A stretch of DNA of 64,000 nucleotides from positions 10,292,001-10,356,000 of the forward strand of contig NC_092352.1 in the NCBI RefSeq assembly GCF_963676685.1, given 5' to 3'. Position numbers and translations under genes: made by a program. Source of the DNA: Mytilus edulis. Lineage: Eukaryota. Below are positions 12,800 through 27,700 of the stretch, one piece after another. The stretch's first letter is position 1, and every line of letters starts with the position of its first letter. The notes beneath the pieces were generated by a model, which was given only the letters and a program-made list of their open reading frames with translations, ran no database searches and was not told the origin of the DNA.

Positions 12800-12950
12800 A
12801 ATAGGTTCCACCATCGATGTGTAAAGTTTATATTAAACTTTCCGAGTCATACCTCCCGCCGTTACGAATTTGCTGAATATGGCATTAAGAGCTTAGCATA
12901 CTAGCCGATTTCGCAAGTTCCCTTTCAGCTTGGTTTGAATCTGCATAGTC
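12800..12950 (-). mobile_element. Degenerate LINE ORF2 C-terminal fragment
   Basis: Minus strand reads ALNAIFSKFVTAGGMTRKV*YKLYTSMVEPI, resembling the post-RT 'KLYxSxVxP' region of LINEs. Confidence 0.35.
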
Positions 12951-15069
12951 AAGGTCTTGATTTCCACAAGAGAACGGAAAAATGGATTGCTGCACGGACG
13001 CATTACTAAAAAATGTTCTCATGTTGTTCTGTAACACCACTGTTCCCGATTAGGATAGGGCTGAACAGACATGTTTAACCACGCTACACTCTTTATGTGC
13101 CGGTCCCAAGTCAGAAACCTTTAGTTTGTTTTTCGTAAACTGTTTTGTTATAAATTAGATCGCTAGCTTTCTCAAATGATATTCTTTCATATTTTGCACG
13201 TCGAGGCCTTTTCTAATCAATTATACGGATTGGTTTTTTTTCTAATTTTTGAAGGCCATACGGTTGCATATATATATAGTTGCTTACATTTGTACATCAA
13301 TTTTATTGGAAATTTGGTGGATACACTTTCGTCTCAGGCGAGACAAAAGCCAGTAAAATGAAACACGGTTAACACTAAAATAATAATATAATAGATAACA
13401 AGCCGGATAAACTGCACACAATAAGCAATTATATATACCGTATAAATTTAAGAAATTCAATGCTCGCATGCAGTTACTAATAACAAACCTAACGGTACTT
13501 AACCGGTTGAGAAGAAATGCTGTACAAAAGCATACTATCATACTGAAGACACTGACTTTGTTTTGAAACTGTAATGCACTTAAGATAGATTCACATACAG
13601 TTTGAAATATAATGCTTAAAGCAAAGATTTCAATAGTTCAGTGTTATTAAACTTAATCACAACTAAATCCGTGTATGTAATATTACTAGGACCGTGGGTG
13701 ACTTTATTTTAATTACAAACTTGTAAGGGTAGGCCTTAAAGTCAAGCAGACGATTATTCCGGCCTATACTAGTCATCATGATGGTAGTAAACAACACGAT
13801 GCAATCGAACGTGTACTGATAATCCTTCTAGAGCACAAAAATGTCATCCAACATGTGCTTCTTGTAAGAATAAGTTCATATATAAACTTTTCTTCTTAAA
13901 ACGTTTAATCTCAAGAATATTTTTTAGCTTAATAAAACTTGTTGCCATGCAACCTCATGTAGAGTCTGTCAATTTCTGATTTACTGGAGATTAGCTGAAT
14001 TGGTTTTCATTCAAAATAAAAGTTCAAAAAAAGGGGAAAAGATACAAAAAGGCAAAGAATAAATCAATTAAAAAGAAAAACAAAGACCAAGACTAAAAAA
14101 CAAACTGACGGCAACTATCCAAATCACACCAAACCAAATATCTGAAGCCACGAGCAACCAAAATTTGGGTGTACTCGTTTTCTTCGGAAGGATAAGCAGG
14201 CGGTTTCTCTTCCACTAGCGGTCCTCCTCATGTTATATACACATTACCATTATTTATGATCAATGTAAATGATGTTATGGTCATCTTACAACCATTATTG
14301 ACTAAACTTTGATAGCTGTATCACTGTTGTAAAAGTTTTCGACAGCAGCTTGAAAATAAGAGCAAATACAATATGGCAGAAATGATGCCTTGCAAAAGCA
14401 ACAGGCAACAGTTCTGACTCGATTCTATTTGCCCTTTTTTTCAGTTGCAATTTAAGCTTTTGACTTTGACATTTCGTTTTCCCGTTTTGAATTTTCCTCG
14501 GAGTTCGGTGTTTTTGTTTTTTTTTAATTTTTATTCAAACTTTTGCTAAATATTACCACAATTTGTTTAGAGAAATACTATTACATCCGCAGAAATTTTA
14601 TGTTAACCAGATTTTTTTTACATTAAGCTGTTTGTGGTAATATTTCTTAAAGAACTAACATTTTCAGTTTTGCTGTCATGATGTTGTTTAACTTTGTGCG
14701 ACTTTGTGTTTGTTTTGGAGGATGCCATTCATTAGCGGTCTTTTGTTTGGAACACTATTAAAATGTTTGATATCATTTACTGCATGCATTGAAGCTCTGT
14801 GTATATCTGATCATTAAATAGCATTGCATTCGATTGCCTGTTCTTAAAATTCACGTAAGAAATCTGAGGTGAAGAAGAAATGTAGACCTCTGCATTCAAC
14901 GTCTTTTTAGTGTAGGACGCGTGATTTTATTATTTTTTAATATCATTGTTTTACTTTTGGTTGTATTTGTGATATAGGAAGACCGTCTTTAGAGAGGTAA
15001 GTGGGTTTTTCTGTTAGGTTATCACTTGATTTTAATTGTCTTTGGAGATTTAATGTTTATGGCAGATCT

Positions 15070-15330
15070 TTGAAAGAGGGACGAAAGATACCAGAGGGAC
15101 ATTCAAACTCATAGATCAAAAATAAACTGACGACGCCATGGCTAAAACAGAAAGACAAACAGACATATAATAGTACAATGACACACATAGAAAACTAAAG
15201 AACACGAACCCCCCCCAAAAATTGGGGGTTATCAACTAGGTGCTCCGGAAGGGTAACCATATCCTGCTCCACGTGTGGCACCCGTCGTGACGCTTACAAA
15301 CTCGGTAAATAGTGTATTTCGGTATTCCAC
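15070..15330 (-). mobile_element. SINE-like interspersed repeat (duplicate at 23166-23426; related fragments at ~14030-14230 and ~48140-48230)
   Basis: Shared core ..ttacccttc(c/t)ggagcacct.. occurs at several places in the window. Confidence 0.55.
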
Positions 15331-16257
15331 ATTTGAAAGGCTATGTTTTATTTATATACAAATTTTAAGGGCGATTTAGAACTTGTCTGTATGTTAACCA
15401 ATCTTTTATTAAAGATGTATAAGAAGAAGTGGTAAGAGTGCCAATAAGACAACTCTCCATCCAATTAACATTTAAAACGTCCTTTGTCTTATGTTCGTGT
15501 GTTTTGGATGTGTTGTCCTATTGACACATACCCATAAATATTTGTATTCAAATATAACTGTACTACTTAGTAGTATTAAAAGAATCGGACTGTTGAAGTA
15601 TCGATCTCACACTTTTATAATAAACTGTATTTGCATTGATAAATAGCATTGCATAATTTTCATCAATATAGCATACATTATATTTGTATGTTTCCTTTTC
15701 CAATAGGAGAAGAACATTACACTATAACAAAAAAGAGCAATTATCGCCATCAAAATATTTGCAACAATTCATGATATCATATAAAAGAAATCGATAAACG
15801 ACATAAAAAATAAAATAAAATTTATTCATGTAATAATGCCATAAAATTGTATAACAATGATAAAATCATAAATAAATAATAAATAAAAACTTTAAAAATA
15901 AAGTTATTGATGATAGTTCAATATGACAATACGATATGAATCCAATTTGCAAATATAAGCATTATTAAAGTTCAAATATTGTTCTGTGTAAAAATATAAC
16001 GGCAACTAAAATCTTTAAGTTTGTTGAATGTGCTTTCATATTTCGTTTTACTTTGTCAGTTCCTGTTTCTGACTTCATCAATATTATCAGATTTATATAA
16101 CTAAGCAACAAACGAAAACACACAAAACACTATTCACATTCTTTAAAACAATGACCCTAATGCCTTCACCACTTAATTTAAAATCAAACATAAGTGCTTC
16201 GCAAATTATACTACATGAACTAGGACAACATTAAATTAACTACAAGAATCGATAGAC

Positions 16258-16595
16258 ATACCGAAACGATATAGATGCATTGGTTTTGTGCTTTAGTCAA
16301 TACCGAAACGATATAGGTGCATTGGTTTTGTGCTTTAGTCAATACCGAAACGATATAGATGCATTGGTTTTGTGCTTAAGTCAATACCGAAACGATAAAG
16401 ATGCATTGGTTTCGTGCTTGAGTCAATACCGAAACGATATAGATGCATTGGTTTTGTGCTTTAGTCAATACCGAAACGATATAGATGCATTGGTTTTGTG
16501 CCGGAGTCCATACCGAAACGATATAGATGCATAGGTGTTGTGTCTGAGTCCATACCGATACGATATAGATGCATTGGTTGTGTGCTTGAGTCAAT
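16258..16595. repeat. 42-bp minisatellite, ~8 copies, just downstream of the SMS paralog stop codon (copy 1)
   Basis: Unit taccgaaacgatatagatgcattggttttgtgctttagtcaa. Confidence 0.95.
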
Positions 16596-16682
16596 GTATT
16601 TTCAAAGTAATTGAGAATTCAAAGCGATCAAAATATAACGATTTCATCTCGTTGTTTGAAAATACTAGATCAGCTGTTTATC

Positions 16683-19600
16683 TTATGACAGCAATGAAGA
16701 TATATAGTTCCTGAGTTTTGCACACCGTTGCATTGCTGATTCCAAAATACTTGATGGCCATTCGTATTCATTCGGAACTATTCCATCACAATTTGATTCG
16801 AAAAAATAAAAGACTGGGAACCATTTCTTAAGTCTGCTCTGGTCTCTTGTCATTAAAGTTTTATTGTTGGCTAGGATGTGGTGATATTGGAATAACCGTG
16901 ATGTAATATAAAAGGCTACTATCACATCTAAGGTATAGTGTCCGTGTCCTGCTAAAATGAAGATCATACCAGACAATCCCACAATCCACACCAGTATGTG
17001 TAGAAATATCCATCTTTTTGGTGTATCTAGAATAAACAAAAATAAAATTATGACGTTGTCAGCGTAAACATATTGGGTTGTGATACTGCAAATTTAAGTA
17101 AATAATGAAAGAATTTTGGAATATGGTTTTTGTTGAAAAATTAATTCATAGGAATTTGGCTCTATCTTGGACTTTTCATGTGAACAAAACAAATAGTTAA
17201 AACTATAGAAGTGTAGGAAAAAATTGTGATCATTTTCCATAATTATATGGAATACCCGACAGTTAGTATAATCTGCAGAAGGGACTCTATATTAAGAAAA
17301 TGTTTTCAACTGGTCATTTAGATACTGAAGATGTTCAAGTTCAGTATGGCTGATTATATAAGTCGTTGATTTCTGTTTCTTTCGCTTTTCATGTCGTTGG
17401 ATTTTTTTTCAAATTTAAATCATAATTTAATGAGTTCCATATGATATTACGAAGTAGCTGTAACGGAATATAAATAACATTTACTTACATTCATTAATGA
17501 GAAGAATAAGAGTTGTTATGGTAACTGTATGTCCACTGAACATGTAATCTCCACATGTTTTTAATCCGGAGACTTTCATTCCCATTCCGGAATAAATCTC
17601 TAGAGCTCTTGAAAATCGTTCCCAGCCGTTTTTAAATACCTAAAAATACAATTCAAAATTGCATTTGCAGTTACTAAATCTTTTTTAAATTGTTACATTT
17701 AAGTTCAACATTATGAAATATAAATAATGTTGAGTTGATGATCAAACTTTAACACAATGAATTTTTACAAACAATGTATTATGGTTGTAATTATTCTAAA
17801 TTCAAAGCTGTATACATATCTATATAAGAAAAAGTTTGTAGAAAGGTAAGCCAGTTGACGCTATACAGAGGTGGTTTCTGGGTGTTTGTAGAAAGGTAAG
17901 CCAGTTGAAGCTATACAGAGGTGGTTTCTGGGTGTTTGTAGAAAGGTAAGCCAGTTGACGCTATACAGAGGTGGTTTCTGGGTGTTTGCAGAAAGGTAAG
18001 CCAGTTGACGCTATACAGAGGTGGTTTCTGGGTGTTTGTAGAAAGGTAAGCCAGTTGACGCTATACAGAGGTGGTTTCTGGGTGTTTGTAGAAAGGTAAG
18101 CCAGTTGACGCTATACAGAGGTGGTTTCTGGGTGTTTGTAGAAAGGTAAGCCAGTTGACGCTATACAGAGATGGTTTCTGGGTGTTTGTAGAAAGGTAAG
18201 CCAGTTGACGCTATATAAAGGTGGTTTCTGGGTGTTTGTAGAAAGGTAAGCCCGTTGACGCTATACAGAGGTGGTTTGTGGGTGTTTGTAGAAAGGTAAG
18301 CCCGTTGACGCTATACAGAGGTGGTTTCTGGGTGTTTTCTTCCATTTGTTTGTGTCTTACAATGCAAAGAAAATAAATATGTATACCACAAATCTTATTG
18401 TAAACAATTTTTAATCTTGTCAAATCGTTTTGAGTGTTTCATAATTAAATTTGGCATCGTTTCGAGTACTACTTCGGGTTCTGTAATCCTGGCCACTGGG
18501 CGTTCGGCCTCCAACTCTAATCAATCGACAATGCGGTGCATATTCTCTGTGACGAAAATTTAATGTTGACTGGTTATATCTTGATAGCTGTTTTATTTTG
18601 AATAAATTGCGTTTAAAAATTGTGACATACCAGTTTCTCACAGTTGAAATTTTCTTGAGGCATAGGTAAGGAGGTAACGATAACACATATACTGCGAAAT
18701 AAAAATATGGAGGCAGCAATGACAAACATTCTTCTGAGTAATATAAACCTGAAAATATACAAATAGTTTTATTATCAAATTATACATTATGACTACATAT
18801 CCTAAGTACTATAGATTACATGAAATCTCCAAGCATGCAATAATTATCTTGCAGCTTAGGATTAGAACTCTTATTATTAGGTTTTGGAGATCAGTCTGAC
18901 TTTATTCTGACAATGTATGTTTGAAGATCGCGTGCCAAATCCAAATCCGAAAATGAACTTTTACTTTAATATAGACTTGAACATTTCAATAACGTGACTT
19001 TTAGATATCTAGAGAGAAAGCAGGTGAACACATACCAAAACTTCTCTGACTTTACTAAAAAAAAACAGCTTTGGTACTAATTCTAGGTGGTATTGTTTCG
19101 TCTTCTTTGTTCTTGCTTAATGTGACTCAAATGAAATTCATTACTATTACCATAATTACTTTCCAAGGGACGATTTATGTACAGCTACACGGAATAAGAC
19201 ACTTGGTTTTTTTCACTAGTTGTTGTTCTTGGTTTTTCCCTATAGCTGCCCGCTACTGTGGGTGGTCTCATGTCTTTACTTTGTGTCTTTTTGTTGTTGG
19301 GATGTACAAGTACCCATCCACTGTGTTTTTGTGAGATGTATTTCTAAGAGTGTTTATCTGAAGAGTTAAGCCTTTTTTCAACAGATTTTTAGTTTGTTCT
19401 TAAAGTTTTCAACCTTCTATATAGCTACGCCATTTGGTCTTAGGTTGAGAGTTACCTCATTGGTAATCCTACCATAGCTTCTTAATTTTATTTTTTACTT
19501 TGTTTTCCTTGTTGGTGACATAAACCATGCATAACGAAGCCGTAAATTGACTTCTAAATATTTTATTTTTATTAATTTTCTGCTTATAAATGAAAAGATA

Positions 19601-20255
19601 TTCTCTGCAAACTACTGGGTTTTGCTTGCTTTGTTCATCTGAACATATATATATATATATATACGTACCTATATTTGTGAAACACTAATATTATAAAATA
19701 TGTAATAAATCCAGCTAAAATAACTCCCTCCGTCACTTTGTATGCCCATGGTACATAATTTATGCTATCTAACATCACGTCGGGTAATGGGCGATATTGC
19801 TTTTTGTCAGGCATGCGCTCTTGTGCAACTATGATAGCAAAACTAGTAACAAAATGTACAAAAAATGTATAGACAATGCTGACACCGGTCTTCCATACTT
19901 CTTGATTTATTTTCCGTTTTGGCCTATAGTTATGTTTTTCGTCGTCAGAGGAATCTATAATATCTATCATGTAGGAACTTTCTGAGGAAGAGGATGAATG
20001 ACAGTCATTATGATAATTTGGAAATTGTAACCGTGAATTCTGTCCACTCTGAAGGTCTTGGATTGCAAACAGTAGTCTTTTGATATCACCTAAAGCTGAT
20101 ATTTTAAGCTGATATAAATCCTTTTCGGTCAATGTTAGAAGAACACGCCCGTCGATTCTATTCTCATCACATAGTAGTTTCTGGTATTCTTGCAATCCGT
20201 TCTCACATAAAAATTGTTTCACTCTTTCACAGTTCCATAATAAAGGGTCCGACAT
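16683..20255 (-). CDS. Divergent SAM-domain sphingomyelin synthase-related (SMSr/SAMD8-like) paralog, copy 1, 399 aa; exons 20255-19669, 18748-18631, 17639-17489, 17026-16683
   Basis: SAM domain ([31 protein letters not shown]), [28 protein letters not shown] and HGHYTLD. GT-AG introns in phases 2, 0, 1; open 1,200-nt spliced CDS. Confidence 0.9.
17834..18337. repeat. 50-bp minisatellite, ~10 copies, intronic (copy 1)
   Basis: Unit tttgtagaaaggtaagccagttgacgctatacagaggtggtttctgggtg. Confidence 0.95.
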
Positions 20256-23200
20256 TTTTTCTTATGAAATCTGAAATCAAATGACAAAATAAATGCAACG
20301 AAAAGATAATTATTATACCCATGACATGCTCGTATCAAGATATGGAATCAAATTAATTCACGTCAATATTTCATGTCAAAACAGAATCTGTATTTCAAAT
20401 TATAATGTTATAACATACATTATACAAATTATGTGATTACTTTGTCATTCACACGAAAAATGACTTCTATTTGAATTCTTCCTTTACAATTTTGAAAAAA
20501 AAGATCAGATAATGAAACCAGATTCGCTTAATGTATGATAAATATATATTTAATGAAATCTACGTTTTTCAAAAACGATCAATTGTTGACCGGTATGATT
20601 CTACTGGTCATGTTTGTTATATCCCTCAGCTTGTTTTACGCGAGTCCCGTGAGGTATATAAAAAAAAATATTTTCTGAGCTATTGGGGCATTTTAGGTCG
20701 AATTGCGAAGAAAAATTTCCTCCAGGGTTTCGAGGTTGAACGAAAATATTCATACCGGCATAGTGTTCCCAATTTTGAACTACAATATAATTATGCAACA
20801 CCAAATCGTTCCTTTAAAATCACTTGTAAATTTAAAAAAGAACAAAAAATGAATAAGAAAATAATGCCTTTTTAAAAAAGAATGAAAATAATATAGTGAT
20901 TTCGTTACCTGTTAACACTTCTGGACGATTATATCAACGTTCTCACTATTAAACTTAATGATAATTAGTCATTATATTATTTAAAAGTCCGTTCTGAAAT
21001 GTGACCTTCGTGTAACAGTGTAGTACTATAGTAACAAAACAAATAATCAGAGAAATCGCTATCGCTAATATAAAGGAAACGCTGAAATTGTTTCTTACTA
21101 TTGGATTTTTAAGTGATGAATCAATCTAAAAAAATGATTACAGATTGATGAAGTTATCGGTTTTTTTCCTTTATAAAAAATTTGAATGACAATATTTTAG
21201 TAACCGTTGAACCTTCAAAAAGAGTTTTTCGTAAACTGTTTTGTTATAAATTAGATCGCTAGCTTTCTCAAATGATATTCTTTCATATTTTGCACGTCGA
21301 GGCCTTTTCTAATCAATTATACGGATTGGTTTTTTTTCTAATTTTTGAAGGCCATACGGTTGCATATATATATAGTTGCTTACATTTGTACATCAATTTT
21401 ATTGGAAATTTGGTGGATACACTTTCGTCTCAGGCGAGACAAAAGCCAGTAAAATGAAACACGGTTAACACTAAAATAATAATATAATAGATAACAAGCC
21501 GGATAAACTGCACACAATAAGCAATTATATATACCGTATAAATTTAAGAAATTCAATGCTCGCATGCAGTTACTAATAACAAACCTAACGGTACTTAACC
21601 GGTTGAGAAGAAATGCTGTACAAAAGCATACTATCATACTGAAGACACTGACTTTGTTTTGAAACTGTAATGCACTTAAGATAGATTCACATACAGTTTG
21701 AAATATAATGCTTAAAGCAAAGATTTCAATAGTTCAGTGTTATTAAACTTAATCACAACTAAATCCGTGTATGTAATATTACTAGGACCGTGGGTGACTT
21801 TATTTTAATTACAAACTTGTAAGGGTAGGCCTTAAAGTCAAGCAGACGATTATTCCGGCCTATACTAGTCATCATGATGGTAGTAAACAACACGATGCAA
21901 TCGAACGTGTACTGATAATCCTTCTAGAGCACAAAAATGTCATCCAACATGTGCTTCTTGTAAGAATAAGTTCATATATAAACTTTTCTTCTTAAAACGT
22001 TTAATCTCAAGAATATTTTTTAGCTTAATAAAACTTGTTGCCATGCAACCTCATGTAGAGTCTGTCAATTTCTGATTTACTGGAGATTAGCTGAATTGGT
22101 TTTCATTCAAAATAAAAGTTCAAAAAAAGGGGAAAAGATACAAAAAGGCAAAGAATAAATCAATTAAAAAGAAAAACAAAGACCAAGACTAAAAAACAAA
22201 CTGACGGCAACTATCCAAATCACACCAAACCAAATATCTGAAGCCACGAGCAACCAAAATTTGGGTGTACTCGTTTTCTTCGGAAGGATAAGCAGGCGGT
22301 TTCTCTTCCACTAGCGGTCCTCCTCATGTTATATACACATTACCATTATTTATGATCAATGTAAATGATGTTATGGTCATCTTACAACCATTATTGACTA
22401 AACTTTGATAGCTGTATCACTGTTGTAAAAGTTTTCGACAGCAGCTTGAAAATAAGAGCAAATACAATATGGCAGAAATGATGCCTTGCAAAAGCAACAG
22501 GCAACAGTTCTGACTCGATTCTATTTGCCCTTTTTTTCAGTTGCAATTTAAGCTTTTGACTTTGACATTTCGTTTTCCCGTTTTGAATTTTCCTCGGAGT
22601 TCGGTGTTTTTGTTTTTTTTTAATTTTTATTCAAACTTTTGCTAAATATTACCACAATTTGTTTAGAGAAATACTATTACATCCGCAGAAATTTTATGTT
22701 AACCAGATTTTTTTTACATTAAGCTGTTTGTGGTAATATTTCTTAAAGAACTAACATTTTCAGTTTTGCTGTCATGATGTTGTTTAACTTTGTGCGACTT
22801 TGTGTTTGTTTTGGAGGATGCCATTCATTAGCGGTCTTTTGTTTGGAACACTATTAAAATGTTTGATATCATTTACTGCATGCATTGAAGCTCTGTGTAT
22901 ATCTGATCATTAAATAGCATTGCATTCGATTGCCTGTTCTTAAAATTCACGTAAGAAATCTGAGGTGAAGAAGAAATGTAGACCTCTGCATTCAACGTCT
23001 TTTTAGTGTAGGACGCGTGATTTTATTATTTTTTAATATCATTGTTTTACTTTTGGTTGTATTTGTGATATAGGAAGACCGTCTTTAGAGAGGTAAGTGG
23101 GTTTTTCTGTTAGGTTATCACTTGATTTTAATTGTCTTTGGAGATTTAATGTTTATGGCAGATCTTTGAAAGAGGGACGAAAGATACCAGAGGGACATTC

Positions 23201-24353
23201 AAACTCATAGATCAAAAATAAACTGACGACGCCATGGCTAAAACAGAAAGACAAACAGACATATAATAGTACAATGACACACATAGAAAACTAAAGAACA
23301 CGAACCCCCCCCAAAAATTGGGGGTTATCAACTAGGTGCTCCGGAAGGGTAACCATATCCTGCTCCACGTGTGGCACCCGTCGTGACGCTTACAAACTCG
23401 GTAAATAGTGTATTTCGGTATTCCACATTTGAAAGGCTATGTTTTATTTATATACAAATTTTAAGGGCGATTTAGAACTTGTCTGTATGTTAACCAATCT
23501 TTTATTAAAGATGTATAAGAAGAAGTGGTAAGAGTGCCAATAAGACAACTCTCCATCCAATTAACATTTAAAACGTCCTTTGTCTTATGTTCGTGTGTTT
23601 TGGATGTGTTGTCCTATTGACACATACCCATAAATATTTGTATTCAAATATAACTGTACTACTTAGTAGTATTAAAAGAATCGGACTGTTGAAGTATCGA
23701 TCTCACACTTTTATAATAAACTGTATTTGCATTGATAAATAGCATTGCATAATTTTCATCAATATAGCATACATTATATTTGTATGTTTCCTTTTCCAAT
23801 AGGAGAAGAACATTACACTATAACAAAAAAGAGCAATTATCGCCATCAAAATATTTGCAACAATTCATGATATCATATAAAAGAAATCGATAAACGACAT
23901 AAAAAATAAAATAAAATTTATTCATGTAATAATGCCATAAAATTGTATAACAATGATAAAATCATAAATAAATAATAAATAAAAACTTTAAAAATAAAGT
24001 TATTGATGATAGTTCAATATGACAATACGATATGAATCCAATTTGCAAATATAAGCATTATTAAAGTTCAAATATTGTTCTGTGTAAAAATATAACGGCA
24101 ACTAAAATCTTTAAGTTTGTTGAATGTGCTTTCATATTTCGTTTTACTTTGTCAGTTCCTGTTTCTGACTTCATCAATATTATCAGATTTATATAACTAA
24201 GCAACAAACGAAAACACACAAAACACTATTCACATTCTTTAAAACAATGACCCTAATGCCTTCACCACTTAATTTAAAATCAAACATAAGTGCTTCGCAA
24301 ATTATACTACATGAACTAGGACAACATTAAATTAACTACAAGAATCGATAGAC

Positions 24354-24691
24354 ATACCGAAACGATATAGATGCATTGGTTTTGTGCTTTAGTCAATACC
24401 GAAACGATATAGGTGCATTGGTTTTGTGCTTTAGTCAATACCGAAACGATATAGATGCATTGGTTTTGTGCTTAAGTCAATACCGAAACGATAAAGATGC
24501 ATTGGTTTCGTGCTTGAGTCAATACCGAAACGATATAGATGCATTGGTTTTGTGCTTTAGTCAATACCGAAACGATATAGATGCATTGGTTTTGTGCCGG
24601 AGTCCATACCGAAACGATATAGATGCATAGGTGTTGTGTCTGAGTCCATACCGATACGATATAGATGCATTGGTTGTGTGCTTGAGTCAAT
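24354..24691. repeat. 42-bp minisatellite (copy 2)
   Basis: Matches 16258-16595 at offset +8096. Confidence 0.95.
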
Positions 24692-24778
24692 GTATTTTCA
24701 AAGTAATTGAGAATTCAAAGCGATCAAAATATAACGATTTCATCTCGTTGTTTGAAAATACTAGATCAGCTGTTTATC

Positions 24779-27700
24779 TTATGACAGCAATGAAGATATA
24801 TAGTTCCTGAGTTTTGCACACCGTTGCATTGCTGATTCCAAAATACTTGATGGCCATTCGTATTCATTCGGAACTATTCCATCACAATTTGATTCGAAAA
24901 AATAAAAGACTGGGAACCATTTCTTAAGTCTGCTCTGGTCTCTTGTCATTAAAGTTTTATTGTTGGCTAGGATGTGGTGATATTGGAATAACCGTGATGT
25001 AATATAAAAGGCTACTATCACATCTAAGGTATAGTGTCCGTGTCCTGCTAAAATGAAGATCATACCAGACAATCCCACAATCCACACCAGTATGTGTAGA
25101 AATATCCATCTTTTTGGTGTATCTAGAATAAACAAAAATAAAATTATGACGTTGTCAGCGTAAACATATTGGGTTGTGATACTGCAAATTTAAGTAAATA
25201 ATGAAAGAATTTTGGAATATGGTTTTTGTTGAAAAATTAATTCATAGGAATTTGGCTCTATCTTGGACTTTTCATGTGAACAAAACAAATAGTTAAAACT
25301 ATAGAAGTGTAGGAAAAAATTGTGATCATTTTCCATAATTATATGGAATACCCGACAGTTAGTATAATCTGCAGAAGGGACTCTATATTAAGAAAATGTT
25401 TTCAACTGGTCATTTAGATACTGAAGATGTTCAAGTTCAGTATGGCTGATTATATAAGTCGTTGATTTCTGTTTCTTTCGCTTTTCATGTCGTTGGATTT
25501 TTTTTCAAATTTAAATCATAATTTAATGAGTTCCATATGATATTACGAAGTAGCTGTAACGGAATATAAATAACATTTACTTACATTCATTAATGAGAAG
25601 AATAAGAGTTGTTATGGTAACTGTATGTCCACTGAACATGTAATCTCCACATGTTTTTAATCCGGAGACTTTCATTCCCATTCCGGAATAAATCTCTAGA
25701 GCTCTTGAAAATCGTTCCCAGCCGTTTTTAAATACCTAAAAATACAATTCAAAATTGCATTTGCAGTTACTAAATCTTTTTTAAATTGTTACATTTAAGT
25801 TCAACATTATGAAATATAAATAATGTTGAGTTGATGATCAAACTTTAACACAATGAATTTTTACAAACAATGTATTATGGTTGTAATTATTCTAAATTCA
25901 AAGCTGTATACATATCTATATAAGAAAAAGTTTGTAGAAAGGTAAGCCAGTTGACGCTATACAGAGGTGGTTTCTGGGTGTTTGTAGAAAGGTAAGCCAG
26001 TTGAAGCTATACAGAGGTGGTTTCTGGGTGTTTGTAGAAAGGTAAGCCAGTTGACGCTATACAGAGGTGGTTTCTGGGTGTTTGCAGAAAGGTAAGCCAG
26101 TTGACGCTATACAGAGGTGGTTTCTGGGTGTTTGTAGAAAGGTAAGCCAGTTGACGCTATACAGAGGTGGTTTCTGGGTGTTTGTAGAAAGGTAAGCCAG
26201 TTGACGCTATACAGAGGTGGTTTCTGGGTGTTTGTAGAAAGGTAAGCCAGTTGACGCTATACAGAGATGGTTTCTGGGTGTTTGTAGAAAGGTAAGCCAG
26301 TTGACGCTATATAAAGGTGGTTTCTGGGTGTTTGTAGAAAGGTAAGCCCGTTGACGCTATACAGAGGTGGTTTGTGGGTGTTTGTAGAAAGGTAAGCCCG
26401 TTGACGCTATACAGAGGTGGTTTCTGGGTGTTTTCTTCCATTTGTTTGTGTCTTACAATGCAAAGAAAATAAATATGTATACCACAAATCTTATTGTAAA
26501 CAATTTTTAATCTTGTCAAATCGTTTTGAGTGTTTCATAATTAAATTTGGCATCGTTTCGAGTACTACTTCGGGTTCTGTAATCCTGGCCACTGGGCGTT
26601 CGGCCTCCAACTCTAATCAATCGACAATGCGGTGCATATTCTCTGTGACGAAAATTTAATGTTGACTGGTTATATCTTGATAGCTGTTTTATTTTGAATA
26701 AATTGCGTTTAAAAATTGTGACATACCAGTTTCTCACAGTTGAAATTTTCTTGAGGCATAGGTAAGGAGGTAACGATAACACATATACTGCGAAATAAAA
26801 ATATGGAGGCAGCAATGACAAACATTCTTCTGAGTAATATAAACCTGAAAATATACAAATAGTTTTATTATCAAATTATACATTATGACTACATATCCTA
26901 AGTACTATAGATTACATGAAATCTCCAAGCATGCAATAATTATCTTGCAGCTTAGGATTAGAACTCTTATTATTAGGTTTTGGAGATCAGTCTGACTTTA
27001 TTCTGACAATGTATGTTTGAAGATCGCGTGCCAAATCCAAATCCGAAAATGAACTTTTACTTTAATATAGACTTGAACATTTCAATAACGTGACTTTTAG
27101 ATATCTAGAGAGAAAGCAGGTGAACACATACCAAAACTTCTCTGACTTTACTAAAAAAAAACAGCTTTGGTACTAATTCTAGGTGGTATTGTTTCGTCTT
27201 CTTTGTTCTTGCTTAATGTGACTCAAATGAAATTCATTACTATTACCATAATTACTTTCCAAGGGACGATTTATGTACAGCTACACGGAATAAGACACTT
27301 GGTTTTTTTCACTAGTTGTTGTTCTTGGTTTTTCCCTATAGCTGCCCGCTACTGTGGGTGGTCTCATGTCTTTACTTTGTGTCTTTTTGTTGTTGGGATG
27401 TACAAGTACCCATCCACTGTGTTTTTGTGAGATGTATTTCTAAGAGTGTTTATCTGAAGAGTTAAGCCTTTTTTCAACAGATTTTTAGTTTGTTCTTAAA
27501 GTTTTCAACCTTCTATATAGCTACGCCATTTGGTCTTAGGTTGAGAGTTACCTCATTGGTAATCCTACCATAGCTTCTTAATTTTATTTTTTACTTTGTT
27601 TTCCTTGTTGGTGACATAAACCATGCATAACGAAGCCGTAAATTGACTTCTAAATATTTTATTTTTATTAATTTTCTGCTTATAAATGAAAAGATATTCT

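Noticed and set aside
16280-16594. ORFs with SQYRNDIDALVLC repeats (and their copies at 24376-24690)
   Set aside because: Translation of the 42-bp minisatellite.
20531-20875. 114-aa + strand ORF (duplicate at 28627-28971)
   Set aside because: No recognisable domain, and it lies antisense in the paralog's upstream intron; likely chance.
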